64,000 bases of DNA from a virus: IMG/VR virus record IMGVR_UViG_3300027972_000001, positions 1 to 64,000 of that record. One strand, 5' to 3'. Below, in pieces: positions 28,394-38,676 of this stretch. The notes under the pieces are model-generated. The model had not been told where the DNA came from, did not search any database, and saw only the letters and a list, made by a program, of their open reading frames with translations. The position numbers and the translations under genes are program-made. Positions within the stretch are counted from its first letter, which is position 1; each line of letters begins with the position of its first letter.

Positions 28394-28739
28394 TTTTGAT
28401 GTTACAGATGAACATTTAGAAGTAATGTATGAAATGAGTATAACTCAATATAGAACATTACGTAATATAAAAGTTCATAATGGACATGAAATGTTCAAAA
28501 TGAATATAAATGATGGAGTAATTAGTAAAGCTAATTGTACTATTCTTAATAAACATATTTCCTTAAAATATGAAGTTGGACATTTATATATAGCTGCTTT
28601 AAATCTTAATAATGCACATAATAAATTTGATAAAATACTTAATCAAATAAATATTATTGCTAAACGTAGAGCAATCGCTAATTTAATGCACATTCTTTCT
28701 TTAAAGGGGAGTGGACAAATTAATCTTAATAAATCTTAA
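28386..28739 (+). CDS. Hypothetical protein
   Basis: Probable start at 28386; YIAALNLNNA motif. Confidence 0.75.
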   Translation: MINFDVTDEHLEVMYEMSITQYRTLRNIKVHNGHEMFKMNINDGVISKANCTILNKHISLKYEVGHLYIAALNLNNAHNKFDKILNQINIIAKRRAIANLMHILSLKGSGQINLNKS

Positions 28740-28740
28740 T

Positions 28741-29067
28741 ATGCAGACATTATATACTGTAGAAGATAAAGAAACTGGAGGTGTAAAAACATTACTTCAT
28801 GTATCTAGTTATACTAGTATTGGGTTAGTAGTTGTTATTTATATGTCAGATGAATATGGTACTCATAAAGGTACTGTACGTCGTATTTTTGCTAATATGA
28901 TAGATGTTGCTTACCATAATGCGTTAAGAAAGAAAATTAAAGCACAAGGTGGTATAATTCATAAACGAATATCTTATACTCCTTTACCTAAAACTATTCA
29001 AAATTTAAGTGATTATCCAAATAGAGATAATAAAGGTAGATTTTGTTCAATTAAAAATAAGAAATAA
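28741..29067 (+). CDS. Hypothetical protein with C-terminal RDxKGRF motif
   Basis: Probable start at 28741. Confidence 0.75.
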   Translation: MQTLYTVEDKETGGVKTLLHVSSYTSIGLVVVIYMSDEYGTHKGTVRRIFANMIDVAYHNALRKKIKAQGGIIHKRISYTPLPKTIQNLSDYPNRDNKGRFCSIKNKK

Positions 29068-29324
29068 TGAAATATTTAGTTATTGAATTAGAGGAAAGTC
29101 CTCACATTTTATGTAATTATAAATTTAGTGATGGTCCATATGAGCCTATTATTTATGAAGATAAGAATAGTGCTTTTAGAGATGCTAGTAAATGTAAAAA
29201 AGGATTAGTATATCCTATTACAGATATTATGAAAATGTTTGAAAGAATAAAATTAATAGCTAAAGAACATGATGCTATTGATATTCTTGATGAACTAATG
29301 GCATTAGTAAATGAAGTAGTTTAA
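29067..29324 (+). CDS. Hypothetical protein
   Basis: 85 aa, TAATG coupling. Confidence 0.75.
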   Translation: MKYLVIELEESPHILCNYKFSDGPYEPIIYEDKNSAFRDASKCKKGLVYPITDIMKMFERIKLIAKEHDAIDILDELMALVNEVV

Positions 29325-29339
29325 TATTAATAATATAAA

Positions 29340-29567
29340 ATGAAAGTATTTGATATTGAACTTATTGTAGCATATGATATTGGCGCTAATGAAATAATAG
29401 AAATATCACAAGGAACTCTTCCAACAGATACATTTAATTTTCATATCTTAGATAAAGATAGAGAAAAAAGTACTGGCAGAACTACTATAAGATTTGAAAA
29501 TATAAATGATCTTCGTAAATGTTTAAATGATTTTGAAAAGAGGTTTAATCTAATAAAGAAAAAATGA
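29340..29567 (+). CDS. Hypothetical protein
   Basis: 75 aa. Confidence 0.75.
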   Translation: MKVFDIELIVAYDIGANEIIEISQGTLPTDTFNFHILDKDREKSTGRTTIRFENINDLRKCLNDFEKRFNLIKKK

Positions 29568-30211
29568 AAATAGGTACTAAAAGTCTTTTATTTGGTGCGC
29601 ATCAATTTATAATACATCCTATTATTGTATTTATAGCTTGGTGGAAACTTTATGGTTTTCCTTTTGATCCTAGATTATGGGTTGCTTTTATAGTACATGA
29701 CTGGGGATATTGGGGTAAATCTAATATGGATGGTGATGAAGGTGAAATACATGTTTTTCTTGGAGCCGACATAATGCATAAATTATTTGATAGAAAACAT
29801 AAAACTACTAATATTGGTAGAGGACAAACTATTATGATAGGTGGTACTTACACATGGTATAATTTTACCTTATTTCATTCTCGTTTTTATGCTAAGAAAA
29901 ATAATCATCCTATATCTAAACTTTGTGTAGCTGATAAATATGCTATTGTACTTGATCCTTGGTGGTTCTATCTTATTAGAGCTAGTTTAAGTAGTGAGAT
30001 TAAAGAATATAGAGATCATCATTATAAACAAACTGGTGAATTATATATAACTAATAAACATTGGTTAATTAGTATTAAAACATATCTTAATTTATGGGTT
30101 ATACAGCATAAAAACAATTTAAATGATACATGGACTAAAAATAATGATCTTAGTCCAGATGGTACAATAGGATTTCATGAAACTATAAAAAGAGAACTAT
30201 ATGGAAAATAA
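29564..30211 (+). CDS. HD-domain-like metal-dependent phosphohydrolase
   Basis: HQFIIHP...VHDWGY...EIH...FHSR...CVADK. Confidence 0.6.
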   Translation: MKIGTKSLLFGAHQFIIHPIIVFIAWWKLYGFPFDPRLWVAFIVHDWGYWGKSNMDGDEGEIHVFLGADIMHKLFDRKHKTTNIGRGQTIMIGGTYTWYNFTLFHSRFYAKKNNHPISKLCVADKYAIVLDPWWFYLIRASLSSEIKEYRDHHYKQTGELYITNKHWLISIKTYLNLWVIQHKNNLNDTWTKNNDLSPDGTIGFHETIKRELYGK

Positions 30212-30431
30212 TAATCCTAATCAAGGTTTACCTTTAGTATTTATGTACGAAGGTTTTATATATTCTAAAGAAGTAGATGGAATGTATCATGTATTTTTAG
30301 CTAATTATCCTAGAATACCATCTAATAGTGTCAATATAATATCAATTGCAAAAGCTAGAGAATTATTTGCTACTGCTAAATTTATAAGTAGTATAATAGT
30401 ATTAACAAATAATGTAAATTTAAAAGTATGA
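30201..30431 (+). CDS. Hypothetical protein
   Basis: 76 aa. Confidence 0.7.
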   Translation: MENNNPNQGLPLVFMYEGFIYSKEVDGMYHVFLANYPRIPSNSVNIISIAKARELFATAKFISSIIVLTNNVNLKV

Positions 30432-31273
30432 TAATAGGTATTAGTGGTAAAATAGGAAGTGGTAAGGATACTATAGGAAAGATTATACAATATCTTACTA
30501 TGGTTGATTTTAAAACAATGAATTTATTAAGAAATGAAGATGGTAGTAAAGTTACATTTGAACAACATTTTCTTAATAATATATATCTTCAATCATATTC
30601 CAATTGGCAAATTAAAAAGTTTGCAGATAAACTTAAAGAATGTGTTAGTCTAATTCTTAATATTTCTAGAGAAGATTTAGAGAAGATTGAAGTTAAAAAT
30701 AGAATATTAGGAGAAGAATGGACTAGATATGGTTATGCTGATTATTTTTATAGAGATATGAATGGTACTCCTATTATGAACAATAAACAATGTTCTAAAG
30801 AAGAATATGAAGAGCATTATAAAATTAATTGGCAAACTACATATAAACACGAATATACTGTTAGAGATATTCTTCAATTGTTTGGTACTGAAGCTTGTAG
30901 AAATCAAATACATACTAATTTTTGGGTTAATGCTTTATTTAGTGAATATACAGGTAAAACTGAAAAATGGGATTGTGATGGAAATAGTATATTAGATATT
31001 TATCCTAATTGGATTATTACTGATATGCGATTTCCTAATGAACTTGAAGCAGTAAAGAAAAGAGAGGGAATTACTATTAGATGCAATAGAACTGTTTTTG
31101 AACAAAATGGAATTAAATATAAACTCAATTCTAATATGGATAGTCAAAGTAATCATCCTTCTGAAATTGCTCTAGATAATGCTACTTTTGACTATACTAT
31201 TGACAATAATGGTACTATTGGAGAATTAATTGTAAAAGTAAAGGAAATATTAATTAAAGAAAGGATAATATAA
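30428..31273 (+). CDS. Deoxynucleoside monophosphate kinase
   Basis: IIGISGKIGSGKDT, FADKLK, RDILQLFGTE, ITDMRFPNE and HPSE. Confidence 0.92.
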   Translation: MIIGISGKIGSGKDTIGKIIQYLTMVDFKTMNLLRNEDGSKVTFEQHFLNNIYLQSYSNWQIKKFADKLKECVSLILNISREDLEKIEVKNRILGEEWTRYGYADYFYRDMNGTPIMNNKQCSKEEYEEHYKINWQTTYKHEYTVRDILQLFGTEACRNQIHTNFWVNALFSEYTGKTEKWDCDGNSILDIYPNWIITDMRFPNELEAVKKREGITIRCNRTVFEQNGIKYKLNSNMDSQSNHPSEIALDNATFDYTIDNNGTIGELIVKVKEILIKERII

Positions 31274-31443
31274 TGGAAATATTAATTAAATCAAACAAAC
31301 CAGAATTTATTAAAGAACTAGCTGATGCTTTTTCTAGTGGTTGTTATATTGAAAATCTTCGTGAAGATATTCTTATAGAAAGTACAGATGTTATTGTAGA
31401 AACAGATAAGGATTTAATAATAATTAATATTGAAAGAAAATGA
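31273..31443 (+). CDS. Small hypothetical protein (56 aa)
   Basis: MEILIKSNKPEF...; coupled on both sides. Confidence 0.7.
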   Translation: MEILIKSNKPEFIKELADAFSSGCYIENLREDILIESTDVIVETDKDLIIINIERK

Positions 31444-31619
31444 AAAAATATGCTATTCAAGACGTTACTGACAAACAGTATTATGCTGATAATAACCAAT
31501 GGAGTAGTTCTATTGAAGATGCTTTACATTTTAATAATGAAGATGAAGCTTGGGAAATAGCGATTGTATTGAATCGTGATTTTAGTTTTACATTAACTGT
31601 TATACCCATAATCTATTAA
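31440..31619 (+). CDS. Small hypothetical protein (59 aa)
   Basis: MKKYAIQDVTDKQYY...WSSSIEDALHF; ATGA-coupled. Confidence 0.75.
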   Translation: MKKYAIQDVTDKQYYADNNQWSSSIEDALHFNNEDEAWEIAIVLNRDFSFTLTVIPIIY

Positions 31620-31622
31620 ATT

Positions 31623-32546
31623 ATGGAATTAATTAAATCTTCTTCACAAATTATGCCTTATGATTCTAATCCTCTAAAGCATATTGAATTAGTAGCTAGA
31701 AACTGTTATAAATCTGAAGATAAAATAACAGATAATAGTTATACTAAATTTGTACAAAAATTAAAGGATAGAAAACATATGGCTATGTTAGAATTTTATC
31801 CTTTTTATTTTCATGTTAGTACTAGTGTTGCAACACAATTATTATACATTAATAATCAACCAGAAATTAATGGTGACTTAATGATAAATGACGATAGAAC
31901 TAAATCATATATGGAAGTTAGTTGTAATTTAAGAACAGCTATTATGATTAGTAAAGAATATGGTGGTCTCGCATATTCTATTTCTCAAGTATATCCTCAA
32001 TTATTATTTTTATTTGAATCTATAAATAAAGACAATAATGTGACATTAGTAACAGATATGGAAGTTGATATGTTTCTTCAATATCTTACAGCTAGATTTA
32101 TATGTGATCGTGGCGTTACTCATGAATTAGTTAGACATAGAATGTGTAGTTTTGCACAAGAGAGTACCAGATATTGTAATTATGGAAAAGAAGATGTTAA
32201 ATTTATTATTCCTAGTTGGACTAAATATGAAGAAGGAATACAAGAAAATGTAACATTTGATAGTGAAGAAGCAGAAGGAATTATGAGATTTAATATGTTA
32301 TCAGTAGAAGAAGATTATCAAACATTAATTAATACTCATAAATATACACCACAACAAGCTAGAGCTATTCTTCCTAATTGTCTTAAAACTGAAATTATTG
32401 TTCAAGCTAGATTATCAGAATGGAAACATATTTTTGAACAAAGATGTTCTAAATCTGCACATCCTGATATGCAAGAATTAATGATTCCCTTTAAAAAGAA
32501 AGTATGTGAAATAAGTAGTGAGTATAATGATTATTTTAATTCTTAA
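31623..32546 (+). CDS. thyX: Flavin-dependent thymidylate synthase
   Basis: THELVRHRMCSFAQESTRY, QQARAILP and AHPDM. Confidence 0.95.
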   Translation: MELIKSSSQIMPYDSNPLKHIELVARNCYKSEDKITDNSYTKFVQKLKDRKHMAMLEFYPFYFHVSTSVATQLLYINNQPEINGDLMINDDRTKSYMEVSCNLRTAIMISKEYGGLAYSISQVYPQLLFLFESINKDNNVTLVTDMEVDMFLQYLTARFICDRGVTHELVRHRMCSFAQESTRYCNYGKEDVKFIIPSWTKYEEGIQENVTFDSEEAEGIMRFNMLSVEEDYQTLINTHKYTPQQARAILPNCLKTEIIVQARLSEWKHIFEQRCSKSAHPDMQELMIPFKKKVCEISSEYNDYFNS

Positions 32547-32549
32547 TTT

Positions 32550-32744
32550 ATGGCAACTGCTAAAGAAACTGTTTATAATGAACTTTATGGACTTCTTGCT
32601 GATGACTCTGAATGTCCTAGTGATGTAGATCAAATTATTAAATATTTATGTGATTATTTCAGTACTACTGAATTAGCTGGATTAATTGAACATATAAAAG
32701 AAGAAAAAGGAATTGAAATTGATAATGACAATGATGATGAATAA
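32550..32744 (+). CDS. Small acidic hypothetical protein
   Basis: 64 aa. Confidence 0.75.
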   Translation: MATAKETVYNELYGLLADDSECPSDVDQIIKYLCDYFSTTELAGLIEHIKEEKGIEIDNDNDDE

Positions 32745-32765
32745 ATTAATTTAAAACCTAACGAA

Positions 32766-33029
32766 ATGAAAAAGTACAATTTTAACTTTATGAAAGAAAT
32801 GAGAACTTTCTTTAATCTTACTGATCTTGCTACAAAATTTAAAAGTTTAAAAGGCAAATTTCGTGCTATAAAAGATAAAGATGAAGAAGGTCGTGATGTC
32901 TATTGTCGTAGATTTAAATATCCTAAATTAGTAGGTGCTATCATAATAGATGGAAAATATTCTTATAAAGTTATTACAACTCCAGATATAAATGGAGAAC
33001 AATTAATGGAAAGAAAAATAAGGAGGTAA
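32766..33029 (+). CDS. Basic hypothetical protein
   Basis: 87 aa. Confidence 0.75.
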   Translation: MKKYNFNFMKEMRTFFNLTDLATKFKSLKGKFRAIKDKDEEGRDVYCRRFKYPKLVGAIIIDGKYSYKVITTPDINGEQLMERKIRR

Positions 33030-33031
33030 AT

Positions 33032-34213
33032 ATGAGATTATTTGCAAGAGATATTAAAGGTAATATTAGGGAATATAATATTAATCAAATAGAAGATACT
33101 AATTGTGCTACTATTAGAACCGGTAGATTAAATGGTAATCTTATTCAAACAATTATAGAACACCCTTTTATACAAAAAGAGATTGCTAGTAGAATTGCTA
33201 AAAAGAGAAAGGAAGGATATGTTAGTTTAAAAGATTTAGGATATAATGAATCTAATACAGCTATTTCAGATCTTAATTTATTTTTAACTAATATTCTTCC
33301 TAAATGTAATACTGATGATAATAACAATCTTAAACCTATGAAATGTCAAAAATTTCAAGAAGGTAAGATTAAATATCCAGCTTTAGCTCAACCTAAATTA
33401 AATGGTCTTCGGTGTGTTCTCAGATGGGAAATTAGAAAAGAAGGAGAAGGATTATTTGGAAGAGATGTAGAACAAGCAGTATTACGAACTAAAGAAGGTC
33501 TTGAATATTATATGCCACATATTACAAAAGATCTTACTAAAGATATGTTTGAATCTGAAATAGGAGAATTAGTATTTGATGGTGAATTATATAAACATCA
33601 TATACCATTGAATGAAATTAAAGCTAGTTGCCCTATGATAAATAGTAGAGGTACATTAAGTAAACCTTCTGGTAATCCATTAGATATTTCATTTCATGTT
33701 TTTGATTTAGCTATTCCAGATGTTGTTCAAGATGCTAGACTTGCGACATTAAGTAGTGTTAAACTTTTTGATGCATTTACAATTAAATATGTAAATCATA
33801 TATGTATTAATAGTGATCAGGAAGCAATGGAATTTAGAGATGAAATGATTAAAGTAGGTTATGAAGGATGTGTAATTAGAGAAATTGATGCTGAATATGC
33901 TTTTGGATTTAGACCTTCTTTTATACGCAAATTTAAAACTCATATGGATAGTGAATTTCTTATTATTAATCTCATTCCTAAACCTAGTGATCCTACTCTT
34001 CCATTGTTTATTCTTAAAAATGATATAAATGATGAACAATTTGAATGTAATCCTAGTGGTAATTGGAAATATCAAAGAGATTTAATGGAAAATGCTCATG
34101 AACTTATTGGTATGTATGCTACAGTAAGATATAGAGAACGTACTGGAACTGAAAAGAAACTTCCGTTTCATGCTAATGTTATTGGAATTAGAAAAACTAA
34201 AAATGAAGGATAA
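33032..34213 (+). CDS. ATP-dependent DNA ligase
   Basis: QPKLNGLR, FDGELY, FHVFD, GYEGCVIR and RKFK. Confidence 0.92.
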   Translation: MRLFARDIKGNIREYNINQIEDTNCATIRTGRLNGNLIQTIIEHPFIQKEIASRIAKKRKEGYVSLKDLGYNESNTAISDLNLFLTNILPKCNTDDNNNLKPMKCQKFQEGKIKYPALAQPKLNGLRCVLRWEIRKEGEGLFGRDVEQAVLRTKEGLEYYMPHITKDLTKDMFESEIGELVFDGELYKHHIPLNEIKASCPMINSRGTLSKPSGNPLDISFHVFDLAIPDVVQDARLATLSSVKLFDAFTIKYVNHICINSDQEAMEFRDEMIKVGYEGCVIREIDAEYAFGFRPSFIRKFKTHMDSEFLIINLIPKPSDPTLPLFILKNDINDEQFECNPSGNWKYQRDLMENAHELIGMYATVRYRERTGTEKKLPFHANVIGIRKTKNEG

Positions 34214-35452
34214 ATGTCAAAAATAAATACTACTGAATTATTTCATCATTTTGCGAATAGAGTAGCAAAAAGTGAAAATCATGGAATGTATAGTTATCGT
34301 AATGATACTTTATTTTATGGTACTCATTGTATTACTAAAATATTATCAGTTAAGAAAAAAGTTGTTATAATTGATAAGGAATTCAATAGAGTTGGTTCTT
34401 TTGGAAATGGTTATGCATATTGGGATATTGAACATTCTTTTAGTAAAGATTGGACAATTTTATATGGAAAACCAAATGAATATGATAAATGTAATACAAA
34501 AACTATCTATAAATATATTCTATCTACTGCTCTTCCAATAGTTGAAAGTTATGCACAAAAATATATTATAGAAAGAGAATTAGTTAAAAATTCACGAGCT
34601 TTTACTGGTAACTATTATTCTCTAGGATCACTTGAAAAGATAAAAGAATTATTTGTTAAATTTAATATTAATTCTAAAAAGTTTTATAAACATATTTACA
34701 ATACAGTTTATAGTTGTCCAATTAGATATCATGGTTGGAGAAAACCTGAATATGATAGTGTTAAATTAGATAAACCTATTTCTTTTTGGTTAGATGAAAC
34801 TAAATGGTTTGATGAAAGTGAAAGAAGAATAATAGAATTTAAAAATTGGAAAAATAAAAATGCAACTCATATAGAAAAAAGAGGTATATTTAGATATAAA
34901 ACTTACAAAGAAATATGGGCAAATGAAGAATTACGTATAAATTTTGAAGAACTCGTTAAAGATACTCTTGCTCATAAAGCATTAGAGCAACAAGAACGTG
35001 AAAGAAAAATGAATGAATCACGTATTCTTGAAAATAAAATGCAATTAGAAGAATGGTTCAATGGTAAATCTACTACTTTATGGTATATTCCAATTGAACT
35101 TCGTTTAAGTGTAAAAGCAAAAATAGCTTCAATGCCAGATGGTGTATTTAAAATTCCAGCTGATATTCTTGAATATGAAGTAGAAACTACTAAAGGTGCT
35201 AGAGTTCCACTTCATCATGCTGAAAGATTATTTAAGTTTTTCAAAAAATGTATAGCTGAAAATAAAGTATATATTGCTCCAGTTGGTAAACATACTGATT
35301 CAGTAGATACTATCGGTGTATATCATTTAAAAGAAATTAATAAAAATGAAACTGGTTGGTTTATTCTTGCTGGCTGTCATACTATTTATAAAGATGCTAT
35401 TGATAGATTTATTGAACGTTATAAACTAAATTGGAATGCAAAAAGTAACTAA
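34214..35452 (+). CDS. Hypothetical protein
   Basis: 412 aa; VETTKGARVP and AGCH motifs. Confidence 0.85.
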   Translation: MSKINTTELFHHFANRVAKSENHGMYSYRNDTLFYGTHCITKILSVKKKVVIIDKEFNRVGSFGNGYAYWDIEHSFSKDWTILYGKPNEYDKCNTKTIYKYILSTALPIVESYAQKYIIERELVKNSRAFTGNYYSLGSLEKIKELFVKFNINSKKFYKHIYNTVYSCPIRYHGWRKPEYDSVKLDKPISFWLDETKWFDESERRIIEFKNWKNKNATHIEKRGIFRYKTYKEIWANEELRINFEELVKDTLAHKALEQQERERKMNESRILENKMQLEEWFNGKSTTLWYIPIELRLSVKAKIASMPDGVFKIPADILEYEVETTKGARVPLHHAERLFKFFKKCIAENKVYIAPVGKHTDSVDTIGVYHLKEINKNETGWFILAGCHTIYKDAIDRFIERYKLNWNAKSN

Positions 35453-35693
35453 AGATTTATTTCTTAGATTAAAAGCTGTACGACCTATTATACACAGTAT
35501 TAGTTATTATTATGGTATTCATTGGGCAAGTGATAGGTTAGTTGAAATATGGTATCTTGAATATCCTACTAAACATATTGAATTTAAAAGTGAAAAGGAA
35601 TTACAAGATGCCATACGTGTTATGATAAAAAGTACTGAAAGTGATCTTGGATTTAGATTTCCAGAAACAACTAAAAAATTTAAATTAGAATGA
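35436..35693 (+). CDS. Hypothetical protein
   Basis: 85 aa. Confidence 0.7.
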   Translation: MQKVTKDLFLRLKAVRPIIHSISYYYGIHWASDRLVEIWYLEYPTKHIEFKSEKELQDAIRVMIKSTESDLGFRFPETTKKFKLE

Positions 35694-35953
35694 ATATAGA
35701 TGTTATTAAAAAAGCAGCAGATATTAATAAGTATAACAATGATATACCTATTATAACAAATATTGCTGAAAGGTTTATATATAAACCACGTATTGGTGCA
35801 TTTGACAGTTATATAAGTGTAGTAATTAGAAGTTTAAGTGGTTATTATAAAACTTTTAATTTTCCTACTGAACGTGCTTTTGAAAATGCTTTAGATGATC
35901 TTGCTAAAAACGGTATTGGTGATCTAAAACGTATTAAAAAATATACTAAATAA
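35690..35953 (+). CDS. Hypothetical protein
   Basis: 87 aa. Confidence 0.7.
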   Translation: MNIDVIKKAADINKYNNDIPIITNIAERFIYKPRIGAFDSYISVVIRSLSGYYKTFNFPTERAFENALDDLAKNGIGDLKRIKKYTK

Positions 35954-35979
35954 AATATTTTAAAATAGTACGTTTTTTA

Positions 35980-36011
35980 TTTGGAAATGTCAATAAAATT
36001 GTGTAAATTTA
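35980..36011 (+). promoter_or_regulatory. Bacteroidota sigma-A-like promoter
   Basis: TTTG-N20-TAAATTTA (one mismatch) upstream of 36035. Confidence 0.5.
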
Positions 36012-36034
36012 AATTAAATTAAACTGATAATCTT

Positions 36035-36724
36035 ATGAATAATGTTTTTACTATTGTTAATGATTATGAGAATCTACTTAAAGAAGTAGAGGATCTTGGT
36101 GGAGAGATTACACCTGAACTTGAAGAACAACTTGTTATTAAAGAACAAGAGGTCGCTAAAAAAGTTAGAGGATATTATTATGTTATTAAGACTTTAGATA
36201 GTCAAATACTTCTAGCTAAAGATGAAATTGAAAGATTAAATGGACGAATTAAAGTTAAAGATAATCTTATTAAACGTCTTAAATCTTATGTTAATTTAGC
36301 AGTTGAAGCATTTGGTATTATAAAACCTAAAGCTGTTGGCAAAAGTCTTGATCTTGGTGATCTTAAAGTTTGGCAAAAGAAAACTGAAGCTCTTGATGTT
36401 ACTGGTGAAATTGATGATGCTAGATTTTGTAATAAACATATTAAATTTGAATTATCTTATGAAGAAACTAAAAAAGTTTTGCAGATATTAACTAGTTCTG
36501 ATTATAAAGGAGCGTTTCCTATAATTTCTATTATTCCTCTTAAAGATAAACTTAAACAATGGCTTATTGATAATGAAGAAGAACATAAAAAAACAATATC
36601 TGAATATAAAGAGAAAGTAAATACATTAGTTCCTACTACTCCTAATGTTAATCTTCTTACACCAGATATTAAAATTCTTCTTAATACAGATCTTAAACAT
36701 AATAGTACTGTAATATTCAAATAA
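36035..36724 (+). CDS. Siphovirus Gp157-like protein
   Basis: GGEITPE...KVRGYYYVIK...AKDEIERL coiled-coil pattern. Confidence 0.75.
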   Translation: MNNVFTIVNDYENLLKEVEDLGGEITPELEEQLVIKEQEVAKKVRGYYYVIKTLDSQILLAKDEIERLNGRIKVKDNLIKRLKSYVNLAVEAFGIIKPKAVGKSLDLGDLKVWQKKTEALDVTGEIDDARFCNKHIKFELSYEETKKVLQILTSSDYKGAFPIISIIPLKDKLKQWLIDNEEEHKKTISEYKEKVNTLVPTTPNVNLLTPDIKILLNTDLKHNSTVIFK

Positions 36725-36730
36725 TTTATT

Positions 36731-37054
36731 ATGACTAAAAAAGCATTTACTAATTTATTTAATATTTATTATAAGCAAGGACTTAAATCATCAAGTATTG
36801 ATAGTATGCATAAAATTACTAAATTAAGTGTAGATTTATGCACTAAACTTATAACTAATATTTGGGGATGTACTGATCCTGATTATTTTGGTCAAAATAT
36901 ATATCAATTACTTGAAGCTAGTGCTGATAGTGATGGAAATATTCAATTTGAACCAAAACTAAAAACATCATCTTGTTGTATGTATATTATATATCCTGAT
37001 GAACATGCTGCTGTATTTGCTTTATATAAAATTAAAAAATATAAACATGTCTAA
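36731..37054 (+). CDS. Hypothetical protein
   Basis: 107 aa. Confidence 0.75.
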   Translation: MTKKAFTNLFNIYYKQGLKSSSIDSMHKITKLSVDLCTKLITNIWGCTDPDYFGQNIYQLLEASADSDGNIQFEPKLKTSSCCMYIIYPDEHAAVFALYKIKKYKHV

Positions 37055-37151
37055 TTTACTGCAATTATTGAAAGAACTATGGTTATTAGATATAATAGTC
37101 GTAGTGTTAATGATATTAATAATAATAACTAAAGAAAATAAAAATGGCTGA
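37047..37151 (+). CDS. Possible 34-aa single-TM peptide
   Basis: MSNLLQLLKELWLLDIIVVVLMILIIITKENKNG; overlaps both neighbours by 8 nt. Confidence 0.45.
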   Translation: MSNLLQLLKELWLLDIIVVVLMILIIITKENKNG

Positions 37152-38187
37152 TAATCTAAATGTTAATCGTTTTACAAAGACAGTGTCTTTTGTAAGTGCT
37201 ATCGAACCTGCTTGGCACCGTAAAGGAACTATACTTCCTGGCAAGTTTACTGCTGAAGAAGCAATGAAATATGCTAATATGGGATATATAGTTGCTTTAG
37301 CTCCTATATATGCAAAATTTTCTGATGATAAAACATTATCTGAAAGAGAAAGAGGTGTTAAATTAACTGAAAATTTTGCTACATATCGTACTGATACTAA
37401 AGAAGTGTTTGGAGTTGTAGGAAATAGATATGAAATTGTTCAGAATACTGCCGCATTTAGTTTCTTTGATAGTATTGTTGGTGAAGGTAAAGCAATATAT
37501 GAAACTGCTGGAGTATTAGGTATAGGTGAAACAATATTTCTTACTGCTAAATTACCTAATAGTATTGTACTTCCAGGTAATGATTTAGTAGATCAATATA
37601 TACTATTTACTATGTCACATGATGGTACTAAACCAGTAAGTGCTATGTTCACTCCTACTAGAGTTGTTTGTGCTAATACTTTAGCAATTGCTCTTAGTAA
37701 TAATAGTAATAAAGTAGTTATTAAACATACTAAATCAGCATTAGATAAAATTAAAGAAGCTGGAAAACTTATGGGATTAGTTAATAAACGTAGTGAAGCT
37801 ACAGTAGAAATTCTTAATGCTATGGCTAAAGTACAAATTACTGATGATCAATTGACTGAATATATTAAACTTGTATTTCTTACTAAAGAAGAAATGAAAC
37901 GTCTTGCAGAAACAGGAGATCATAGAAAAGCTGAAATACCTACAAGAACTATTGGTGTAATGGAACAAGTTGCTGATTTTACATTAACTGGAGTTGGACA
38001 AGATGTATTAAGTACTAAAGGAACTTTATTTGGTGCATATAGCGGTGTTACTGGTTGGCTTTATAATAAAAAAGAATATAAGAATGATGATGCACGAATG
38101 AAAAGTTTAGTTTTAGAAGGTACTGATTATCAACTTAATAATAGAGCATTTTTGACTGCTGAATTACTAATTAATCAATGGAGATAA
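37144..38187 (+). CDS. DUF932 family protein
   Basis: PAWH, YEIVQN..AF.FFD, YETAG.L, SHDG, TPTRVVCANTL and HT motifs. Confidence 0.88.
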   Translation: MADNLNVNRFTKTVSFVSAIEPAWHRKGTILPGKFTAEEAMKYANMGYIVALAPIYAKFSDDKTLSERERGVKLTENFATYRTDTKEVFGVVGNRYEIVQNTAAFSFFDSIVGEGKAIYETAGVLGIGETIFLTAKLPNSIVLPGNDLVDQYILFTMSHDGTKPVSAMFTPTRVVCANTLAIALSNNSNKVVIKHTKSALDKIKEAGKLMGLVNKRSEATVEILNAMAKVQITDDQLTEYIKLVFLTKEEMKRLAETGDHRKAEIPTRTIGVMEQVADFTLTGVGQDVLSTKGTLFGAYSGVTGWLYNKKEYKNDDARMKSLVLEGTDYQLNNRAFLTAELLINQWR

Positions 38188-38193
38188 ATTATT

Positions 38194-38676
38194 ATGAAAG
38201 AAATAGAAGTTCAAATTATAAATAAAAGCAATAATAATCTTCCTAGTTATGCTACTAATTTCTCAGCAGGAGTTGATCTTATGGTTTGGAATCCTAAACT
38301 TGGTATAGATGATAAAATATTGGTTCATCCACATCAACGTTTACTTATTGGCACTGGGTTATATGTTGCTATTCCTGAAGGATATGAAATACAGATAAGA
38401 CCTAGAAGTGGTTTAGCTCTTAAAAAAGGTATTACTGTACTCAATACTCCAGGCACTATTGATTCTGATTATAGAGGTGAAATAGGTGTAATAATTATGA
38501 ATCATAGTGATGAATCTGTAGCTTTTAGCAATGGTGATAAAATTGCTCAAGCAATTCTTACTCCAGTTGAACAAATTAAATGGAGACCTGTTGAAGTATT
38601 ACCTACTACTGAAAGAGGAGAAGGTGGATTTGGTAGCAGTGATATAAATAAATCATTAGAAAAACCTGTATATTAA
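38194..38676 (+). CDS. dut: Trimeric dUTPase
   Basis: AGVDL, RPRSGLA, GTIDSDYRGE and RGEGGFGSS. Confidence 0.96.
   Translation: MKEIEVQIINKSNNNLPSYATNFSAGVDLMVWNPKLGIDDKILVHPHQRLLIGTGLYVAIPEGYEIQIRPRSGLALKKGITVLNTPGTIDSDYRGEIGVIIMNHSDESVAFSNGDKIAQAILTPVEQIKWRPVEVLPTTERGEGGFGSSDINKSLEKPVY

Noticed and set aside
22441-34213. Variant motifs PMRFGKT/DELQ (helicase) and KLNG (ligase) as signs of inactivation
   Set aside because: The key Lys and acidic residues are retained, and such variants are tolerated in phage enzymes.
16920-37968. Short minus-strand or alternate-frame ORFs inside the replication block
   Set aside because: They overlap confident plus-strand genes and contain no recognisable motifs.
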